Below are positions 40,149 to 48,322 of a DNA stretch of 64,000 nt, piece after piece. Position numbers and translations under genes: made by a program. This stretch comes from an uncultured Bacilli bacterium (lineage in GTDB: Bacteria > Bacillota_I > Bacilli_A > RF39 > UBA660): NCBI GenBank assembly GCA_934131175.1, contig CAKOZD010000004.1, positions 17,507-81,506 of the forward strand, written 5' to 3'. Numbering within the stretch: position 1 is the stretch's first letter; each line of letters starts with the position of its first letter. The notes below the pieces were generated by a model that saw only the letters and a program-made list of their open reading frames with translations, was not told the origin of the DNA and searched no databases.

Positions 40149-40586
40149 TTATTGTAATTTTTCTCTTATGATTGTTGATACTTCTTTCATATCAGCTTTA
40201 CCTTTTAATTTAGCTTGGGCTTCTTTCATAACTTTTCCCATGTCTTTTTGACTTTCTGGTTTTACTTCTTCAAAAATTTCATTAATTATTTTTTCTACTT
40301 CTTCTTTTGATAATTGTTCTGGTAAATATGCCATTAAAACATCGATTTCTTTTTGTGTTTTTTCTACTAGATCAGTTCTATTTCCTTTTTCAAATTCTGT
40401 AATAGAATCTTTTCTCATTTTTATTTGTTTGTTTACAACATCAATTAATAAATCATCGTTAATTTCTTTTTTATGATCTATTTGTTCTTGTTTTAGGGCT
40501 GCTTTTACCATTCTAATTACAACAAGTCTGTCTTTGTCTTTTGACTTCATTGCTTCTATCATGTCTTTATCTAATTTTTCTACCAT
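40149..40586 (-). CDS. yqeY: GatB/YqeY domain protein
   Basis: MVEKLDKDMIEAMKSKDKDRLVVIRMVKAALKQ. aaggag SD before the internal ATG. Conserved position after rpsU. Confidence 0.8.
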   Translation of the reverse strand: MVEKLDKDMIEAMKSKDKDRLVVIRMVKAALKQEQIDHKKEINDDLLIDVVNKQIKMRKDSITEFEKGNRTDLVEKTQKEIDVLMAYLPEQLSKEEVEKIINEIFEEVKPESQKDMGKVMKEAQAKLKGKADMKEVSTIIREKLQ

Positions 40587-40670
40587 AATTTCATCTCCTT
40601 TGAATATTATAGCAGATTTCTTGGTAATATAAAAGATTTTTCCCTTATATATAAACAAAAAATAGAGATA

Positions 40671-40874
40671 TTAATAATCTCTATTTCTATTAGCACGATC
40701 TCTTTTTCTAGAATTCTTGATTCCTTCTTTTTTTGCTGCTCTTCTCTTTACTCCTGGCTTATCATAAGCTTCTCTTTTTTTCCATTCTGAAGGGACACCG
40801 TCTCTTGCTACTTTTTGTTTGAACTTTCTTAGAGCTTGATCAAGATTACCTCTAACAGTTACTTTAGTTGCCAT
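40671..40874 (-). CDS. rpsU: 30S ribosomal protein S21
   Basis: MATKVTVRGNLDQALRKFKQKVARDGV...RRAAKKEG. gggagg SD. Confidence 0.9.
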   Translation of the reverse strand: MATKVTVRGNLDQALRKFKQKVARDGVPSEWKKREAYDKPGVKRRAAKKEGIKNSRKRDRANRNRDY

Positions 40875-40956
40875 CACTTTCCCTCCCTTCACTTCAACTA
40901 CAATGAATTATACCAAAAGATTTTTTCTTTTTCAACCTATTTTTTGACATTTTTTA

Positions 40957-41106
40957 TTATTTTTCAAAGAAAACATACAAATTTCTTAAAAATTTTCCAA
41001 GATAAAAGCCAGAATTAATTATAAATTTACAAATTATTGGTAAAGTTAGGATTATCAATATTATTATAGCAACACTTAAAACTATTTTTATTATTTTAGA
41101 GGACAT
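40957..41106 (-). CDS. Putative small hydrophobic immunity-like protein (49 aa) overlapping the 3' end of the second bacteriocin precursor
   Basis: ATG inside peptide B's last codons. Encodes MSSKIIKIVLSVAIIILIILTLPIICKFIINSGFYLGKFLRNLYVFFEK, one TM helix plus a basic tail. The only SD-like sequence is far away (18 nt). Confidence 0.3.
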   Translation of the reverse strand: MSSKIIKIVLSVAIIILIILTLPIICKFIINSGFYLGKFLRNLYVFFEK

Positions 41107-41261
41107 AAATTATTTTCTGCTATTCTCCTTATTCCAGACCCTAGAGAATATCCTGCATCTTGTAATATTTTAATTACATTTACAATAGCATTTATAACTG
41201 GTCCAGTTACATTTGTCCCACCTTTTATACTATCTAATTCTATTTCATTTAATTTAGTCAT
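41091..41261 (-). CDS. Double-glycine-leader bacteriocin precursor peptide B (56 aa)
   Basis: MTKLNEIELDSIKGG leader, which fits the LxxxELxxIxGG consensus. Core is TNVTGPVINAIVNVIKILQDAGYSLGSGIRRIAENNLCPLK. aaggag SD 8 nt upstream. The start overlaps the stop of peptide A (taATG). Confidence 0.6.
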   Translation of the reverse strand: MTKLNEIELDSIKGGTNVTGPVINAIVNVIKILQDAGYSLGSGIRRIAENNLCPLK

Positions 41262-41413
41262 TAACTGCACTCCTTTGGATTTGTTATTCCTTCAATTACA
41301 CCACAAATAAATATTACTAAGGCTGCTATTCCAAGACCTCCTAATACAGTTATTCCTCCACCTTTTACTTTTTCTAATTCGCCTGTAGAAAGATTTTTAA
41401 TTGTTATCACCAT
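41261..41413 (-). CDS. Double-glycine-leader bacteriocin precursor peptide A (50 aa)
   Basis: MVITIKNLSTGELEKVKGG leader (LSxxELxxVxGG). Gly-rich hydrophobic core, GITVLGGLGIAALVIFICGVIEGITNPKECS, with GxxxG-like motifs and two Cys. The start overlaps the last codons of the upstream 137-aa ORF. Confidence 0.55.
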   Translation of the reverse strand: MVITIKNLSTGELEKVKGGGITVLGGLGIAALVIFICGVIEGITNPKECS

Positions 41414-41810
41414 CCCATATCAATTTAAATATGTTTATTAAACTCTCCTTTTTATTCTTAAATACTATTTTTAATACATCATTTGTTTTAGAATTATTAA
41501 ATTTAAAACTAATTAGAACTTCATTATATTTTTCTCTACCTTTAGTTATAATTACATCGTTATCTTCAAGAATTTTATATTTTTTTAATTTATTTTCTAA
41601 ATATAGACTAGAATTTTTATATAGAATATTTTTTTCTTTTTTATTTATTATTAATAGACATATATTTTTATTAGTAACTATACAATCATATTTTTTATAA
41701 TTATATATTTTATAATTTTTAAGTACTAGAAAGAATATTATTTCCATAAGAAATACTATTAATATTAATAATTTTGGAATAGTTAAATTCTCATAACTTT
41801 TTTTGTTCAT
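41397..41810 (-). CDS. Small membrane-anchored protein (putative bacteriocin accessory or immunity component)
   Basis: N-terminal TM helix. Translationally coupled to the upstream ABC exporter (20-nt overlap) and to the downstream peptide A. Confidence 0.4.
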   Translation of the reverse strand: MNKKSYENLTIPKLLILIVFLMEIIFFLVLKNYKIYNYKKYDCIVTNKNICLLIINKKEKNILYKNSSLYLENKLKKYKILEDNDVIITKGREKYNEVLISFKFNNSKTNDVLKIVFKNKKESLINIFKLIWDGDNN

Positions 41811-43872
41811 ATATTTGTCCTTTTTCTAATTTTAATACTCTATCAAATAACTTTTTATTATTGAAGCGATGAGAAATTACAATAACTGTTTTATCTTGTA
41901 AGTATAAAAACATGGATTCTAGAATTTTCTTTTCTCTAGTTATATCAATTTGACCTAGAGCCTCATCAAAAATATAAATATTAGTTTTTCTTAATAAGTT
42001 CCTTGCAAGTATTATCCTTTGTCGTTCTCCATTACTGAAATTAAATCCATTTTCTTCAATCAACTTATTAATTCCTAAATCACTATCTTTGATAATATCA
42101 TTTATATTACAAATTTCTATTATTTTTTCTAATTCTTCTTCATTATATTCTTTGTATAAAGTAATATTATTTTTTATTGTGTCATTAAATAAATATTCTG
42201 AGCTAGTAGTATAAGTAATATTTGATCTTATGCTTTCTAAATGATAGTGATTAATATCTATACCAGCAATTTTTACGGTATCATAATTAGTTTCAATATA
42301 CTTTAAAAGCATTTTCATAAGAGTTGATTTTCCACTACCACTAGAACCACTAAGTAATATTTTTTCACCTTTTCTTATTGTTAAATTTAGATTTTTAAAA
42401 AGATACTTAGAACCATTCTTATAAGTTAAATTATTATAAATAATGTCTCCATCTAACTTATAATTTAGATAAAAATAACTATTTTTAAAATACTCTTCTT
42501 CTAATATAAATAATTCTTCTACTCTTTCTTTTGCAGATACAAAGTCAGGGTATTCTTCTATAAGAGAGAAAATACTGTAAAAATTATTTAATAAGTAATT
42601 AGTAAATGCTTGAAAAATTATTAAATTAGATAAAGTTAATTTATTTGTTATACATAAATATGTTCCTATAGAATATATAATTATTATTGATATTTCATTT
42701 AAATTATTTTTTATATTGGAAGTGATTTCCAATAGTATTTTATAAGAATTAACAGTGTTTAGAAGTGATGTGTATTTTAAATTAAACTTATCTATTAATC
42801 TTTTTTCTAAATGACTTCCTTTAATAGTGTCTACATTACTTATTCCTTCAATTAAATAGTTATTAATAATATCTTGATGTTTATTTATTTTTCTAATATA
42901 TTTCTTCTTTCTTTTTACAATAAGGGACTCAAATATTATAGTTATTATAAATATTAATATAATTATACTTGTTAGTTCTTTTGAATATTTAAATAAGATA
43001 ATAAAAAAAGTTATTATACAAAAAATATCAGTAATTAGACTTGTAAAGATATTACTTAAATAATATCTTACAGTGTTTAAGTCTTTAAATCGTGCTAGTA
43101 CTTCGCCAGATGTTCTATTTTTGTAATATAAATATGGAAGTAAAAGTATCTGCTCAAATGTTTTAGATGTCGTATTTAAATCTAATTTAGAAAACCAACT
43201 ATTTAATAATATATTTTTTAGTAGAATATTAATATTTTTAAAAATCGTAAGTATTAGTAAAATGATAGTTATATAAAGAATATTATTACTTAAACTTATA
43301 TTTATAGAGTATTCTAAAAAGTATTTAAAATTGTAAGATGTGAGTATATTTTCTATTAGATATATGATTGTTAAAAGTGTAATGGTAATGTATGTTTTTT
43401 TATTACTTTTTATACTTTCTTTTATAAGTTTTGTAATAATTTTATTTTTCTTTATTACAGGTAATGTTTTATAGGGTTTTAAGAATAAATAATTATTACT
43501 AGTTAGTAAATTAAATTCAGAAAAAGATATTATTTTCTTTCCTTTAGCAGGATCCATTATTGTTACTTTCTTACTTTTTTTATTTATTTCATATAAAACA
43601 ACAAAGTGTTGGTAATTCTTATTTACAATAAAATGAACGATACATGGTAAGTTATTTACATTTATATTTTCTATTTTTCCGCTCATTCCTTGGCTTTCAA
43701 ATCCTATAACTTTGCTTGCTTCTAATAAGTTATATAAAGTAACTCCATCTTTTGTAGTGTTTGTTAGTTCTCTTAAATATTCCTTAGATACTTCTCCTCC
43801 ATAAAATCTAATAATAGATAAGAGACAGCAAATACCACAATCTTTTATTCCGTCCTGCATGACAATTTTCAT
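41791..43872 (-). CDS. Bacteriocin-processing ABC transporter with an N-terminal C39 peptidase domain (ComA/LagD/SunT family)
   Basis: C39 motifs (DCGICCL with the catalytic Cys; HFVVL). Six-TM domain. Walker A LSGSSGSGKSTLMK, ABC signature FSNGERQR, Walker B IYIFDEALGQID. Confidence 0.9.
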   Translation of the reverse strand: MKIVMQDGIKDCGICCLLSIIRFYGGEVSKEYLRELTNTTKDGVTLYNLLEASKVIGFESQGMSGKIENINVNNLPCIVHFIVNKNYQHFVVLYEINKKSKKVTIMDPAKGKKIISFSEFNLLTSNNYLFLKPYKTLPVIKKNKIITKLIKESIKSNKKTYITITLLTIIYLIENILTSYNFKYFLEYSINISLSNNILYITIILLILTIFKNINILLKNILLNSWFSKLDLNTTSKTFEQILLLPYLYYKNRTSGEVLARFKDLNTVRYYLSNIFTSLITDIFCIITFFIILFKYSKELTSIIILIFIITIIFESLIVKRKKKYIRKINKHQDIINNYLIEGISNVDTIKGSHLEKRLIDKFNLKYTSLLNTVNSYKILLEITSNIKNNLNEISIIIIYSIGTYLCITNKLTLSNLIIFQAFTNYLLNNFYSIFSLIEEYPDFVSAKERVEELFILEEEYFKNSYFYLNYKLDGDIIYNNLTYKNGSKYLFKNLNLTIRKGEKILLSGSSGSGKSTLMKMLLKYIETNYDTVKIAGIDINHYHLESIRSNITYTTSSEYLFNDTIKNNITLYKEYNEEELEKIIEICNINDIIKDSDLGINKLIEENGFNFSNGERQRIILARNLLRKTNIYIFDEALGQIDITREKKILESMFLYLQDKTVIVISHRFNNKKLFDRVLKLEKGQIYEQKKL

Positions 43873-43926
43873 TGAGTATTACTTTCACCTCCTATCTTAT
43901 TATTCGAGGTTTTTCTAATTTTTGTG

Positions 43927-43954
43927 AAAAAAAAAGAAGAAATCTAATTTCTTC
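43927..43954 (-). terminator. Hairpin + U-tract between the ITPase-like gene and the bacteriocin exporter (terminator, or a leader attenuator)
   Basis: gaagaaatctaatttcttc stem-loop with a run of 9 U on the minus strand. A TTGACA/TATAAT-like pair lies just upstream on the minus strand. Confidence 0.5.
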
Positions 43955-44045
43955 CTAGATAAATTATAAATCTTTGTCAACGCGTGATAAAAAGATAAAG
44001 ATTCTTTTGATTAAGAAATTAATCTAAAATACACAATTTATCCAT

Positions 44046-44684
44046 TTACATCATATCATCTTTTTTAGTTTTTGCAAAGACTTTTTTTGTTTGTTTTGAA
44101 TTTTTATTTTTTGTTGACACATACCATGTCATAAATTGACTAAATGCTGAGTTTATTTTTTTATTTCTTAATTCTCTTTCTTCATCAGTCATTTCTGCTA
44201 GTGTCTTAGTAAAACCTTCTGGAATGAAGACTTCCCATAATCTAGATCTTGCTTTTTCTGGTAGTAGGCCTTTCTTTTCTTTTGATAGGATACCTTTTGA
44301 GTAAGATAAAAATTGTTTATACTCTACTCCATCATAATATGTTACACAACTTGCAAAGTAACAATTTCTATTTTCAACATCTTTCATTACTTCAAGTAGT
44401 TCTTCTATATTTGTACTTATTCCACTTCTTTTAACAAGAGTACCTGGGTAATCTGTTTTTCCAGGATATCCTTCAATATAGAATCCACTGTCTTCTACAA
44501 AACATGGTCCATGTACGATGTTGTATGCTTTTTTTGCTTTATCTTTTGATACTTCTTCTACTTTATTTATTTCTAATTCATCGATATCTTTATTTACTTC
44601 AATTACATCAACATCATATATTTTACATAATTCTTCTACTCGCTTAAATTTACCTTTATTCGTTGTTATATAATATAAACACAT
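44046..44684 (-). CDS. Putative non-canonical NTP pyrophosphatase-like (Ham1/ITPase-like) protein. Assignment is weak.
   Basis: N-terminal ITTNKGKFKRVEEL and FVEDSGF...GYPG resemble Ham1/RdgB motifs, but the C-terminal motifs are divergent. Confidence 0.35.
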   Translation of the reverse strand: MCLYYITTNKGKFKRVEELCKIYDVDVIEVNKDIDELEINKVEEVSKDKAKKAYNIVHGPCFVEDSGFYIEGYPGKTDYPGTLVKRSGISTNIEELLEVMKDVENRNCYFASCVTYYDGVEYKQFLSYSKGILSKEKKGLLPEKARSRLWEVFIPEGFTKTLAEMTDEERELRNKKINSAFSQFMTWYVSTKNKNSKQTKKVFAKTKKDDMM

Positions 44685-44751
44685 AAAATCACCTCTAAAT
44701 GTATTCTATTATATATAGAGGCAATATATATGTCACTATTTAATTTTATAA

Positions 44752-44780
44752 AAAATAAAAACGTTGAATTAATCAACGTT
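44752..44780 (-). terminator. Terminator downstream of tRNA-Ala
   Basis: aacgttga-attaa-tcaacgtt palindrome, followed on the minus strand by tttttatttttt. Confidence 0.55.
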
Positions 44781-44791
44781 GAATATCAATA

Positions 44792-44867
44792 TGGTGGAGC
44801 ATAGCGGGATCGAACCGCTGACCTCCACGGTGCAAACGTGGCGCTCTCCCAGCTGAGCTAATGCCCC
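44792..44867 (-). tRNA. tRNA-Ala (anticodon TGC)
   Basis: Minus-strand sequence GGGGCATTAGCTCAGCTGGGAGAGCGCCACGTTTGCACCGTGGAGGTCAGCGGTTCGATCCCGCTATGCTCCACCA. Cloverleaf with G3:U70, a TGC anticodon, and a CCA end. Confidence 0.9.
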
Positions 44868-44933
44868 ATACTTAATTTTTTTTATCTCTTTCACAAGCGA
44901 CAAATTGATTATAGCATAGTAATTTTTAAAAAG

Positions 44934-45686
44934 TCAACGATTTTTGTAAAAAAAATTATATTTTTTTTCTAAAGCTTCTTTTTCAGTATAAAAAGTACCA
45001 TTTTCTTTATAAATATTCTCTTTATTTTTATAGAAGTTATTAATATTATAAATTATTTTTTTATTCTTAAAGTGATATTTATTTAAAAATCTTTCTAATA
45101 AAAATTTATTATATACATAATCTATTTTATTTTCTTCTTTATGAATTACTGCTAATAGGAATAATAACATTACTAAAATATTAATTGTAATATTTTTTTG
45201 AATTATAAAAATTATAAATACTAATAAATAACTAATCTTAATGATTAATTTTAATGTTTTCTTATATGGTAGAAAGTTATTTATAAATAAGTTTAATAGT
45301 TTTCCTCCATCTAATGGATATATTGGTAATAAGTTAAATACTAAAAGAGATATGTGATAAATTAATATTAATTCTTTATCATAAGGAAATAAATAAATTA
45401 AAATAAAGTAAGCAAGATTTTGAAATGAAGGACCTGCTATTAGTATTAAAAACTCAACAGTATTTTTTGTATTTAATGGCATATTAAATTTAGTTATTCC
45501 ACCTAGTGGATAAATATATATTTTTTTTACATCTACTTTTAATAATTTTGCGACTAAGAAATGACCTAATTCATGAATTATGATTATTATATTTAATATT
45601 AAATATTCTTTAAATGAACCTATTAATATCGCAATTATTCCTAAGATATAAACTAATATGTTTACTTTAAATATATTTTTTATAAT
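44934..45686 (-). CDS. M50-family site-2 protease (SpoIVFB-like), with the N-terminal HExxH segment in an ORF lacking an ATG/GTG/TTG start
   Basis: The in-frame extension upstream of the track ORF encodes a TM helix with IIIHELGHFLVAKLL (HExxH). The track ORF supplies NLLPIYPLDGG (LDG motif). The frame opens at an ATT codon 9 nt after a GGAG, immediately after a TAG, and overlaps the upstream gene's end. Confidence 0.55.
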   Translation of the reverse strand: MIKNIFKVNILVYILGIIAILIGSFKEYLILNIIIIIHELGHFLVAKLLKVDVKKIYIYPLGGITKFNMPLNTKNTVEFLILIAGPSFQNLAYFILIYLFPYDKELILIYHISLLVFNLLPIYPLDGGKLLNLFINNFLPYKKTLKLIIKISYLLVFIIFIIQKNITINILVMLLFLLAVIHKEENKIDYVYNKFLLERFLNKYHFKNKKIIYNINNFYKNKENIYKENGTFYTEKEALEKKYNFFYKNR

Positions 45687-46233
45687 CTAATTGTTCTCCA
45701 TTCTTTTCAAATTTTAAATATAATTCATTTGATTTTACTTCTCCTAACACTTGTCCTTTTTCTACATAATCATATAGTTTGTAATTACTTATATTTACAT
45801 TTATATAATAAGTATCAACTCCATCTACTTGTTCTACAATAATTGTTTGCATATTATCTTTTACTCCACTGTAGACAATTATTCCACTTTCTAATATTGG
45901 TACTAAATAATTATTATCTACTATTAGTTTTACTCCATTATTATAATTAGATGACTTTTTATAAGATAATTTTTCACTAAATACCGGTGTTTCTTCTTTT
46001 ACTACTTTATCTAGAGATAAAATCTTACCGAAATACTTCTCATAAATACTTTTTGTTTTAGTAAACTTTATATTTTTTTCGTATACTTCTTTTTCTATAT
46101 CTTTCTTTAGAGTGGGATTTTTCTTTGTTACTATTAATCCTATTAGAAATATTATAATTAAAATAAATAATTTACTTAAAAATATCTTTATACTTTTCTT
46201 TAATACTAATTTTTCTTCTATTCTTTTATTCAT
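45667..46233 (-). CDS. Membrane protein with a degenerate LytM/M23-like C-terminal domain (SpoIVFA-like)
   Basis: N-terminal TM helix. C-terminal GIIVYSG...YINVNISNYKLYDYVEKGQVLGEV follows the M23 fold pattern without the catalytic His residues. It sits directly upstream of, and overlaps, the M50 protease, as spoIVFA does with spoIVFB. Confidence 0.45.
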   Translation of the reverse strand: MNKRIEEKLVLKKSIKIFLSKLFILIIIFLIGLIVTKKNPTLKKDIEKEVYEKNIKFTKTKSIYEKYFGKILSLDKVVKEETPVFSEKLSYKKSSNYNNGVKLIVDNNYLVPILESGIIVYSGVKDNMQTIIVEQVDGVDTYYINVNISNYKLYDYVEKGQVLGEVKSNELYLKFEKNGEQLDYKKYI

Positions 46234-46277
46234 ATAAATTCTCCCAGTTAAATATATGAATAAAAAAAATAAGTATT

Positions 46278-46787
46278 CTAATTTATACTTATTTTTCTGT
46301 ATTTCTTTGGTATAAGATTTATTATTAAATAAATTAATTCTCCATATATTATATTTAATATTAGACTATGAGTAATTTTATATAAAACTTTATATAGAGT
46401 TACTGGTACCATATTAAATACTAATAGAATTATTCCTGTTAATATTTCATATGCTGAAATAATTAAAATTAAATAGATAATTAATTTTAAATAGCTTATT
46501 TCAAAGTTCTTATATATTTCTAAAGATATAAAGCCAATTATTAGAAATAGTACTCCATTAAAGAATAATAAATTTGTATATAATAAATCATATATCATTC
46601 CAACAATAAAAATTATAATAAAATAATTTTTTTCTTTTTTTCTAAAAAATGGATAAATCATAAAAATTGCGATTACAGTTAACATTGGAGTAAAAAGTGA
46701 TAAATCATTTACAAGATATGGTAAAAAATTTGATAATATTCCATCTAAAACTATTGATATCAATAAAATTATAGTACTTATTATCAT
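46278..46787 (-). CDS. mreD: Rod shape-determining protein MreD
   Basis: 169-aa polytopic membrane protein directly after mreC, with a 4-nt overlap. Confidence 0.7.
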   Translation of the reverse strand: MIISTIILLISIVLDGILSNFLPYLVNDLSLFTPMLTVIAIFMIYPFFRKKEKNYFIIIFIVGMIYDLLYTNLLFFNGVLFLIIGFISLEIYKNFEISYLKLIIYLILIISAYEILTGIILLVFNMVPVTLYKVLYKITHSLILNIIYGELIYLIINLIPKKYRKISIN

Positions 46788-47563
46788 TCTTTTACCTTTA
46801 ATACTGTAACATAGTGAATATCATCAAAGTCTTGATATGTTTTTATATAAACATTTTTACTTAAATTATACTTATCACTTTCAATTTTTTCTACTGTACC
46901 AATATATATTCCTGCAGGTATTAATTCACCTAGACCACTAGTTAATACAACGTCTCCTTTATTTATTTCTGTAGATTTGTTTATGTCACTTGCTTTTATT
47001 AAGCCATTTTTCTTATTATATCCATTTAAAATTGCATAATTATCATCATTATTTGTTTTAATTGCAACACTTACTTTAAAGTTTATGTCATCTGATGTTA
47101 TTAATTTTACCTCAGATGATGTTTTTGATACTTTTGATATCTTACCTATTAAACCATTTTTTGTAATAACTGCCATATTCTTTTCAATACCATACTTACT
47201 TCCTTTATCTATTGTTATTGTATTAAACCAATAACTTTTATTTCTAGATAAAATAGTAGCATTTACTGGAGTATACTCTGTAAGTGTCTTATTTAATTCT
47301 AATGTATCCTTTAATTCTTGTATTTCTTTTTCTAATGAACTATTAACATTTTTTTGAATTAAATAACTTTCTGATTGAGTATTACCTTTTTCTTTATTTA
47401 AAGAGGTAAATGGATACATTATTACTTTTTCTATAGAAATAGATATATCTTTAAAAATAGTTTGATTGCTTCTCTCTATTAATAAAGATACACTTAAAAG
47501 TATTATTAATACTACAATTATTATTGGAATTATTATTTTGTTGTTTTTCTTTTTCTTATACAT
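46784..47563 (-). CDS. mreC: Rod shape-determining protein MreC
   Basis: N-terminal TM helix, a coiled coil, and C-terminal VVLTSGLGELIPAGIYIGTV typical of MreC. Confidence 0.85.
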   Translation of the reverse strand: MYKKKKNNKIIIPIIIVVLIILLSVSLLIERSNQTIFKDISISIEKVIMYPFTSLNKEKGNTQSESYLIQKNVNSSLEKEIQELKDTLELNKTLTEYTPVNATILSRNKSYWFNTITIDKGSKYGIEKNMAVITKNGLIGKISKVSKTSSEVKLITSDDINFKVSVAIKTNNDDNYAILNGYNKKNGLIKASDINKSTEINKGDVVLTSGLGELIPAGIYIGTVEKIESDKYNLSKNVYIKTYQDFDDIHYVTVLKVKE

Positions 47564-47607
47564 ATAATCATCTCACTTACCTATTATATTATATTTTTTT
47601 ATTTGAT

Positions 47608-48291
47608 TCAATTTAGAATGTTCAAATGTTCATAAAAACTATAAAAAGAATTATCTCCTACTATTATATGATCAACTACAGGTATACCTTGAATGTTTCC
47701 TGTTTTCATTAATCTTTTTGTAAATTCTATATCTGCTTTTGATGGAGTAACATCATTTGTTGGATGGTTATGAATACATACAATTGATGATGCACTTACT
47801 TTGTATGCTTCTTTAAATATTTCTCTTGTATGTGTAGTTGAATGATTTATTGTTCCCATAAATATTAATTTCCTTTCAATTAATTCTTGTTTATTGTTGA
47901 AGTAGTAGCAATAAAAATATTCTTGCTTTTTTCCTAATAAAAGGTATCTTGCTGATTTCCAAATAGATGTTGGATTATCTAATTTCTTTAATGACTCTTC
48001 TTTTTCTAGGAATATTCTTTTTCCAAATTCAATACATGCGAGTAGTTCAATTGCTTTTACATCACCTATTCCAGATATTTTTTTCAAATCATTTATATTA
48101 ATTTCTTTTAATCCAGTGAGTGAAAATTTACTTAATATTTCTAAAGCTAGTTCTTCTACATTTTTTCCTTTAGTACCACTTTTTAAAATAATAGCAAGTA
48201 GTTCTTTGTTTGTCAGAGATTCTGCTCCAACTTCTTTTAATCTTTCTCTTGGTCGTTCCTCTTTTGGAATATCTTTTATTCTATAATTCAT
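47608..48291 (-). CDS. radC: RadC-family JAB-domain protein
   Basis: HhH-like N-terminus and the JAMM-like motif HNHPTNDVTPSKAD. Start set at MNYRIKD. Confidence 0.85.
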   Translation of the reverse strand: MNYRIKDIPKEERPRERLKEVGAESLTNKELLAIILKSGTKGKNVEELALEILSKFSLTGLKEININDLKKISGIGDVKAIELLACIEFGKRIFLEKEESLKKLDNPTSIWKSARYLLLGKKQEYFYCYYFNNKQELIERKLIFMGTINHSTTHTREIFKEAYKVSASSIVCIHNHPTNDVTPSKADIEFTKRLMKTGNIQGIPVVDHIIVGDNSFYSFYEHLNILN

Positions 48292-48322
48292 ATTACACCT
48301 CAACTTATTATTAGATATTTTT

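Noticed and set aside
40836-41018. Plus-strand 60-aa ORF overlapping the rpsU start and its promoter
   Set aside because: It overlaps rpsU antisense and has no RBS. The minus-strand 49-aa TM ORF in the same region is a better candidate.
41397-41413. Possibility that peptide A is a frame artefact, because its ATG overlaps the end of the 137-aa ORF
   Set aside because: Not rejected as a gene. The consensus double-glycine leader and the tight coupling to peptide B outweigh the weak SD. The exact start (ATG 41413 or GTG 41410) remains uncertain.
44046-44684. Assigning the 212-aa protein firmly as Ham1/ITPase
   Set aside because: Only the N-terminal motifs resemble Ham1. The C-terminal signature (FGYDPIF-type) is not recognisable, so it is kept as a weak, tentative call.
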